DNA of 44,487 nucleotides from a virus: IMG/VR virus record IMGVR_UViG_3300029593_000013; one strand, 5' to 3'. Shown piece by piece: positions 40,585 to 44,487 of this stretch (position 1 is its first letter; each line of letters starts with the position of its first letter). The notes under the pieces were generated by a model. It saw only the letters and a program-made list of their open reading frames with translations, ran no database searches and was not told where the DNA came from. The position numbers and the translations under genes were made by a program.

Positions 40585-40904
40585 TCAGTAATATGTGCGA
40601 CCTGATCCCGGCGGAAATGTACGAGGTCGGACACCCGTTTTTGGAACCGTGCTGCGGAAACGGAAATTTCCTGGCGGAAATCCTGCGCCGGAAGCTGGAC
40701 CGGTGTTCGGACCTGGAGCAGGCCAAAGCCGCCGTGGCAGACATTTACGGGATAGACATTCAGGCCGACAATGTGGCGGAATCCAAGGCCAGAATGCAGA
40801 AAATCGTATCAGAACGGTTCCCTGGGCTGGACGTGTCCGAAATCCTGGACCGGAATATCATTTGCGGGGATAGCTTAAAAATTATGGCTGAGTGGGCAAA
40901 GTAA
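40476..40904 (+). CDS. N6-adenine DNA methyltransferase-like ORF, N-terminal SAM-binding half only (probably a truncated remnant)
   Basis: Motif X GEVFTP, motif I FLEPCCGNGNFL, motif II IYGIDIQ and motif III IICGDSL are present. No NPPY/DPPY catalytic motif appears before the stop, and AT-rich foreign DNA follows. Confidence 0.55.
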   Translation: MVGNPKNGGRQGKTHSGIKSKQRVRDFGEVFTPAHIVSNMCDLIPAEMYEVGHPFLEPCCGNGNFLAEILRRKLDRCSDLEQAKAAVADIYGIDIQADNVAESKARMQKIVSERFPGLDVSEILDRNIICGDSLKIMAEWAK

Positions 40905-40911
40905 CTTAGAT

Positions 40912-40990
40912 AATCTCTGTATAGAGTATATATAATATATATTCTATGTTCTTTTATGTGTGTTATGTTATATAAAAATATACAGAGATT
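40912..40990. repeat. perfect 12-bp inverted repeat (AATCTCTGTATA / TATACAGAGATT) enclosing a 55-bp AT-rich block
   Basis: Read directly at 40912-40923 and 40979-40990. The enclosed block contains TATAAT (40931-36). Confidence 0.8.
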
Positions 40991-41022
40991 TATTAGACTA
41001 TAAGAAGGAAAGTGAGCGAAAC

Positions 41023-41235
41023 ATGGAAATCTTGAAGGTTGTATCGGTGGCCGTCTGGCTCATCGGTGTTATCGGGTTCGTGATCTGGATGGTTGGCTAT
41101 CCGATCCGGGCCGTGTTTAAGCGCAAAGCACAGTTCAACTGGGCGGAGTATGGCTTTGGCCTTGGGATTACATCCGTGGCGGCATCCCTCGGAAATGTAA
41201 TCATTCAGACGGCCCGTCTGTTTGCTGCGCTATGA
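41023..41235 (+). CDS. small membrane protein (70 aa, 2 TM)
   Basis: AAGGAAAG RBS. Product: MEILKVVSVAVWLIGVIGFVIWMVGYPI...GFGLGITSVAASLGNVII. Confidence 0.65.
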   Translation: MEILKVVSVAVWLIGVIGFVIWMVGYPIRAVFKRKAQFNWAEYGFGLGITSVAASLGNVIIQTARLFAAL

Positions 41236-41753
41236 CAAATTGTCCTAACTGTGGAGCGCCAATTACCGGGCGAATCTGCGAGTATTGCGGTACGGTCCAC
41301 TGGCAGGATGATGCCATCAATACAGCTGATACTGGCGGCTTATCTACAGATTCACAAAAGCCAGCAAGCTTCGCAATAGAGACGGTGGCAGATGGCAAAA
41401 GGGTTCCAGTTGCAGTCATACTACGGATGGATGACAGTCTCTGCGCCGACTCTAGCAACGAGCTGGAATGCACAGCCTTGGATGGGACGCATTTGCGATA
41501 TGCACCACCTAAGGAGGTCATCTTCCCGTTCACTGTTTTACAGACTGATGGCACACTTCGCCTGCTTGGCAAGCTTGTCAATAAGCGCAGGGAGTATTAC
41601 TTTGTCATCCGGGACAAAGAGAGCAAGCGTGTGATCGTGGAGTATAGGGTCATCGGCATGCTGACCTTTGAAGGATTCGGCATAACCGATGGCACGATGG
41701 ACATTGTCATTACCGCCGAAGCGACGACGGTTTCCCGCTGGGAGGCAGGCTAG
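41232..41753 (+). CDS. hypothetical protein with an N-terminal zinc ribbon (173 aa)
   Basis: ATGA overlap with the upstream gene. CPNCGAPITGRICEYCG. Confidence 0.7.
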   Translation: MTNCPNCGAPITGRICEYCGTVHWQDDAINTADTGGLSTDSQKPASFAIETVADGKRVPVAVILRMDDSLCADSSNELECTALDGTHLRYAPPKEVIFPFTVLQTDGTLRLLGKLVNKRREYYFVIRDKESKRVIVEYRVIGMLTFEGFGITDGTMDIVITAEATTVSRWEAG

Positions 41754-41781
41754 TATATTAGTCTGTACTAGTATTATTATA

Positions 41782-41836
41782 ATAATATATATTATTCTAT
41801 TCCCTTTTTGTGTTTCTGTTTTATTATAAAAAAGAT
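41782..41836 (+). repeat. AT-rich block, an imperfect direct repeat of 40932-40980
   Basis: Shared words in the same order: ATAATATATATT..CTAT..CTTTT..TGTGT..TGTT..TATAAAAA. A TATAAT lies just upstream in both copies. Confidence 0.6.
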
Positions 41837-41876
41837 AGTAAAATATTACTATGAAAGTAAAAGGAGGTATTCGACT

Positions 41877-42467
41877 ATGGCACAGAAAAATGAGGTCGCA
41901 AAAACTACGTCAGGAAAGCCAAAAAAAGGAAGAGGGGGAACAGACAATTTCCCGTCCAGACGGTTTACACCGGAAACCGATGAGGATCGGGCGCTTGTCT
42001 CGCAACTCCTCAACGAGGCACTCACGGAATACAGGCAACCGAGAGTAAAAAGCGATGACGAACTTGCCAAACGGATTGACGACTATTTCTTTCGGTGCGC
42101 GCAAAACGGGCAGGTCCCAACCGTAGAGGAAATGAGCCTGTCCACAGGATATTCCGTTAGCACGGTCATGGATTGGGAAATCGGAAGAAATAAAGGATTT
42201 AGCCCCGAAACGTCCATTATAATTAAAAAAGCGAAGGGATATTTGCAGACTTTTGATGCAAAATTGGTCATTGCGGGAAAGATGAATTTTCTGGCTTACT
42301 GCTTCCGGGCAAAAAATTACTACGGCATGAAGGACCAGCAAGAAGTTGTCCTCACCCCAAACAATGCGCTTGGCGAAGCAGCTTCGGCTGAGGACCTGCG
42401 GAAGAAGTACCTGGAGGACGTGAGAGGGAGCGGAGCGACTATCATCGACGGAGAAAAGGGCGAATAA
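41877..42467 (+). CDS. terS: terminase small subunit (gp3-packaging-type)
   Basis: AAGGAGG RBS. ...RIDDYFFRCAQNGQVPTVEEMSLSTGYSVSTVMDWE...IIKKAKGYLQTF...FRAKNYYGMKDQQEV fits the HTH + oligomerisation pattern of Firmicutes phage TerS. Confidence 0.7.
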   Translation: MAQKNEVAKTTSGKPKKGRGGTDNFPSRRFTPETDEDRALVSQLLNEALTEYRQPRVKSDDELAKRIDDYFFRCAQNGQVPTVEEMSLSTGYSVSTVMDWEIGRNKGFSPETSIIIKKAKGYLQTFDAKLVIAGKMNFLAYCFRAKNYYGMKDQQEVVLTPNNALGEAASAEDLRKKYLEDVRGSGATIIDGEKGE

Positions 42468-42603
42468 GCCCCAGCGACTTTCGACTTTGCCTGCGACTTT
42501 AACATTCAACGACTATAGCGACTATGAGGGAGCACCTGAGAGCAGCGACTTTCGGGCGCTCCCTCATCGACTTTCGACTTTGCGACTTTGCCCCAGCGAC
42601 TTT
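42436..42603 (+). repeat. array of about 11 same-orientation heptamers CGACTTT/CGACTAT, bracketed by GCCCCAGCGACTTT x2 and centred on a 9-bp hairpin
   Basis: Copies start at 42436, 42475, 42482, 42494, 42510, 42519, 42546, 42568, 42575, 42583 and 42597. The hairpin is tgagggagc (42525-33) / gctccctca (42558-66). Confidence 0.85.
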
Positions 42604-43037
42604 GGCGCAGGCAGACACACCCGCCCGGAAGCCCTGGCGGAGCGATCAGGGAAGACCCCACAAAAAAATCGGCCGGCCCACGCCGAACCCACCCGGACCG
42701 CCTCAGGCCATGCCTGGACCCGGACCACCCCCACGACGGCCCCAGAAGCCCACAGGCGGGAGCACCGGCGGCCGGATATGCAAGCCCCGCCGCCACGGGA
42801 ACGGCCCACAGAGGGCCACGGGAGACGGCATGCGCCCACGCAAGCGAGACGGAGACGGCATACAACGCCACAGGAAAGCCGCAGGACGAAAGAAAAATAA
42901 AGCCGGGTGAAAATTACACCCGGAAGAAGAAAATGCAGCACAGAGCCGCCACGGAGGCGACACGCAAAGAGGAACGGAGGGCGGCGGCATGGCAGCAAAA
43001 CGCCCCAGCAGGGGAGGACCCCCGCCAGGGCGAAAAG
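42604..43037. other. non-coding tract with extreme T depletion on the plus strand
   Basis: Hand count gives about 16 T in 42604-43020 (roughly 4%). As a result it is open in all six frames, giving only Pro/Arg/Gly-rich low-complexity translations with no RBS. Confidence 0.6.
42889..42923 (-). terminator. rho-independent terminator (minus strand)
   Basis: Minus strand reads ccgggtg-taatttt-cacccgg followed by ctttatttttcttt. Confidence 0.6.
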
Positions 43038-43068
43038 AAACCCGCCGGAAGCATTGCCCCCGGCGGGT
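43028..43068 (-). terminator. terminator of the leftward accessory operon
   Basis: Stem acccgccgg / ccggcgggt. The minus strand continues ttcttttcg. Confidence 0.55.
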
Positions 43069-43073
43069 CTGAA

Positions 43074-43133
43074 TTACTTAAGCAGGGCCTTGAGCACGGC
43101 CCCGAAGAAGATAATGACGTATACGATCAGCAC
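43074..43133 (-). CDS. 19-aa hydrophobic micro-protein VLIVYVIIFFGAVLKALLK (paralogue of 1233..1295)
   Basis: GTG start 7 nt after GGAGGTG. It overlaps the upstream stop by 7 nt and is followed by a terminator. Confidence 0.45.
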   Translation of the reverse strand: MLIVYVIIFFGAVLKALLK

Positions 43134-43354
43134 AGCGCATCACCTCCGCAATATACCCGATAATAACGCCGGCCCTCGGAGGACCACATAGCAGCGGACA
43201 CGACACGCCCAGAGCGGGGGCGGGTGATCTCGACGGTCTCCCCACTCTCACCCCGTCCGAGGTCCTGCGCGGCCTTGTATGCGCTGGATGTCGTGACGGT
43301 GTACTCCCGCGCATAGGTGGACGGGCTGCGCACGGTGCAAATATATCTTGACAT
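43127..43354 (-). CDS. hypothetical protein (75 aa)
   Basis: Internal ATG of ORF 43127..43489 preceded by AAGGGGG. Product begins MSRYICTVRSPSTYAREYTV. Confidence 0.55.
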   Translation of the reverse strand: MSRYICTVRSPSTYAREYTVTTSSAYKAAQDLGRGESGETVEITRPRSGRVVSAAMWSSEGRRYYRVYCGGDALC

Positions 43355-43367
43355 AATCGTAACCCCC

Positions 43368-43592
43368 TTAAAACAAGATAAACAGATTGGAGCAACGCCC
43401 GATAATGGCGTATAATGTACCGGTTTCGGCATCTTTGACCAATCCGCCATTGATGCCGTAAACCCCGGAAGAATAGCCCACTTTTTCAAGTCTGCGCAGC
43501 GTGTAAAGGTATTCGGCGGGCTTGCTGGTGTAGTCCTCAGCTACTCCGAGCCGCACAAGCTCCCGGAGCGCTTTCAACGTGTATTTCCTCAT
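43368..43592 (-). CDS. hypothetical protein (74 aa)
   Basis: Start overlaps the upstream stop. Product begins MRKYTLKALRELVRLGVAEDY and contains SSGVYGINGGLV. Confidence 0.6.
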   Translation of the reverse strand: MRKYTLKALRELVRLGVAEDYTSKPAEYLYTLRRLEKVGYSSGVYGINGGLVKDAETGTLYAIIGRCSNLFILF

Positions 43593-43981
43593 CTTTTCGC
43601 CGCCCCTTTCACCAATTCCCGATAGATCAAATCTGTTAAAAGCTGTTCGGCCTGCTGTTCCGTGTACCGGGCTTTTTCTTGGTCGGTTTCCTCCAGGATT
43701 GCGCCGAGGTCATCGACAGAAGAACGGTTATAATAATAACAAGTGTCAAGGACACCGGCCAGCCCGGCGCACCAGTCCCGGAAGGCTAGGCCCTCGCAGC
43801 CGTGATAATAGCGGACATCCTGCGGACACCAGTATTTTTCATTGCGGAACGTGGCCAGGATGAAAGCGGCGATTTCTGGGAACTCCTGCGGCGGGTTGTC
43901 GGTGTATCCTTCCGGGGTGAAATTATCCACGATATAAGCCCGGACATTTTCGGCGGCTTGTTTGCTGTTGGTTTTTAGCAT
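43589..43981 (-). CDS. hypothetical protein (130 aa)
   Basis: AGGAGG RBS. Clean ORF. Confidence 0.7.
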   Translation of the reverse strand: MLKTNSKQAAENVRAYIVDNFTPEGYTDNPPQEFPEIAAFILATFRNEKYWCPQDVRYYHGCEGLAFRDWCAGLAGVLDTCYYYNRSSVDDLGAILEETDQEKARYTEQQAEQLLTDLIYRELVKGAAKR

Positions 43982-44005
43982 TTTAGATTCCTCCTAAATT
44001 TTCGC

Positions 44006-44034
44006 TTGACTTTCGGAGAAATCCGGTGTAATAT
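44006..44034 (+). promoter_or_regulatory. plus-strand promoter (TTGACT-17 nt-TAATAT) inside a minus-strand operon
   Basis: ttgactttcggagaaatccggtgtaatat read directly. Confidence 0.5.
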
Positions 44035-44040
44035 AATAAT

Positions 44041-44132
44041 CCCCCGGATTCCTGAGAGAGTCGCGTTTTTCATGTGTTTTCGGGCCATTCCCGGCGGTGC
44101 TGGAACACCGCCGGGAATATTTTAATTTTTTT
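44041..44132 (+). ncRNA. candidate sRNA of about 90 nt, antisense to the RHH / 130-aa intergenic region
   Basis: Bounded by the promoter at 44006-44034 and a perfect 13-bp terminator hairpin (44087-99 / 44106-18). The U-run (attttaattttttt) exists only on the plus strand. Confidence 0.35.
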
Positions 44133-44301
44133 CCTTGGCTATATCGGCCCGAATTAAACTTTTGATATAACCGGCCTTATTTTCCACGCTGGACAACTTT
44201 TTCAGAATGTCCGATTCTGTGCTATTCATAACCCGGATGCAGATTGATGTTGTATGCGCTTTATTGTATCTATCTTGCGGGGTTTCCTTGCGTTCGCTGA
44301 T
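44122..44301 (-). CDS. CopG/Arc-type ribbon-helix-helix protein (59 aa) with an apparent non-canonical ATC start
   Basis: ISERKETPQDRYNKAHTTSICIRVMNSTESDILKKLSSVENKAGYIKSLIRADIAKEKN. GGAGGG lies 7 nt upstream of the ATC. No ATG, GTG or TTG occurs in frame back to the upstream stop. Confidence 0.55.
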   Translation of the reverse strand: MSERKETPQDRYNKAHTTSICIRVMNSTESDILKKLSSVENKAGYIKSLIRADIAKEKN

Positions 44302-44355
44302 TGCTTTTCCCTCCGTTTCCTTTTTTTTGGTGGGGCCGGTTTCCCGGCCCGCCGT

Positions 44356-44487
44356 TTACTTGGCCAGCCCGGCGATATAGGCTTGGATGATCTTTTCGAT
44401 TTCCTCGGCGGTGTATGTCTTTTCTCCGTTTTCCTTGAGGATCACAAGAAGATCATAGGCCATAGCCTTTCGGATGTCGGCGCTTTC
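44356..44487 (-). CDS. C-terminal part plus repeat copy of the junction-spanning 48-aa gene (same gene as 1..114)
   Basis: Stop codon (reverse) at 44356-58. Bases 44389-44487 duplicate 1-99. Confidence 0.6.
   Translation of the reverse strand, partial: ESADIRKAMAYDLLVILKENGEKTYTAEEIEKIIQAYIAGLAK
44389..44487. repeat. second copy of the 99-bp terminal repeat
   Basis: Identical to 1..99. Confidence 0.95.

Larger units (their letters stand above)
1..44388. mobile_element. complete temperate tailed-phage (siphovirus-like) genome, circularly closed
   Basis: Full set of packaging, head, tail, lysis, lysogeny and replication modules, plus an exact 99-bp overlap of the window ends. Confidence 0.9.

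Noticed and set aside
42436-42603. CGACTTT repeat array considered as a CRISPR array
   Set aside because: The repeat unit is only 7 nt, spacing is irregular (0-20 nt) and there are no spacer-sized unique segments, so this is not CRISPR architecture.
42487-43163. Six overlapping ORFs (three per strand) of 95-191 aa in the T-depleted tract
   Set aside because: They are open only because stop codons are compositionally impossible. All have low-complexity translations, no SD and mutual overlap in every frame.
44071-44124. 17-codon plus-strand ORF (MCFRAIPGGAGTPPGIF) inside the candidate sRNA
   Set aside because: It has no convincing SD and most of it is the terminator hairpin itself, so it is treated as non-coding.

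Overview
The window is one complete, circularly closed temperate siphovirus-type phage genome. Bases 1-99 are identical to 44389-44487, so the unique length is 44,388 bp. The host is probably a Gram-positive, spore-forming Clostridia member, judging from the Spo0A_C-like gene, the GH25+LysM+CW_7 lysin, the large serine integrase and strong AGGAGG ribosome-binding sites.

Modules, in window coordinates:
- 1-2,700: a junction and regulatory region with tandem promoters, DnaA-box-like sites, HTH genes, a DUF4160/DUF2442 pair and an HExxH protein.
- 2,685-19,412 (+): packaging, head and tail genes. These are terL, portal, a 2-tRNA + Rha insertion, scaffold, capsid, connectors, tail tube, G/GT chaperone with a GGGAAAC -1 frameshift site, tape measure, Dit/Tal-position proteins and a receptor-binding protein.
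- 19,437-22,195: lysis cassette.
- 22,260-24,490: two insulated accessory cassettes.
- 24,530-28,160: lysogeny module, with the serine integrase coupled to a membrane-anchored XRE protein, a cI-like repressor and back-to-back consensus promoters.
- 28,180-40,900 (+): early, recombination, replication and DNA-modification genes. These include a standalone Spo0A C-terminal-domain protein, YqaJ exonuclease, RecT, SSB, DUF1064, a replisome organiser with internal repeats, a G39P-like loader, a PAPS-reductase-like protein, a C5-MTase-like protein and a truncated N6-MTase-like ORF.
- 40,905-41,876: an AT-rich-flanked 2-gene cassette.
- 41,877-42,467: terS, followed by an array of about 11 CGACTTT repeats, a stretch of about 420 nt that is extremely T-depleted and non-coding, and a leftward accessory operon that crosses the junction.

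Features most worth follow-up:
- A structured non-coding region of about 580 nt in the early operon (28,492-29,070).
- Two paralogous 19-20-aa hydrophobic micro-ORFs on opposite strands.
- The phage Spo0A_C gene.
- The AT-flanked membrane + zinc-ribbon cassette that appears to have truncated a methyltransferase.
- The CGACTTT array with the adjacent T-depleted tract.
- A CopG-like RHH gene with no canonical start codon, next to a candidate antisense sRNA.

All functional calls come from motif and architecture recognition by eye. No database search was run.
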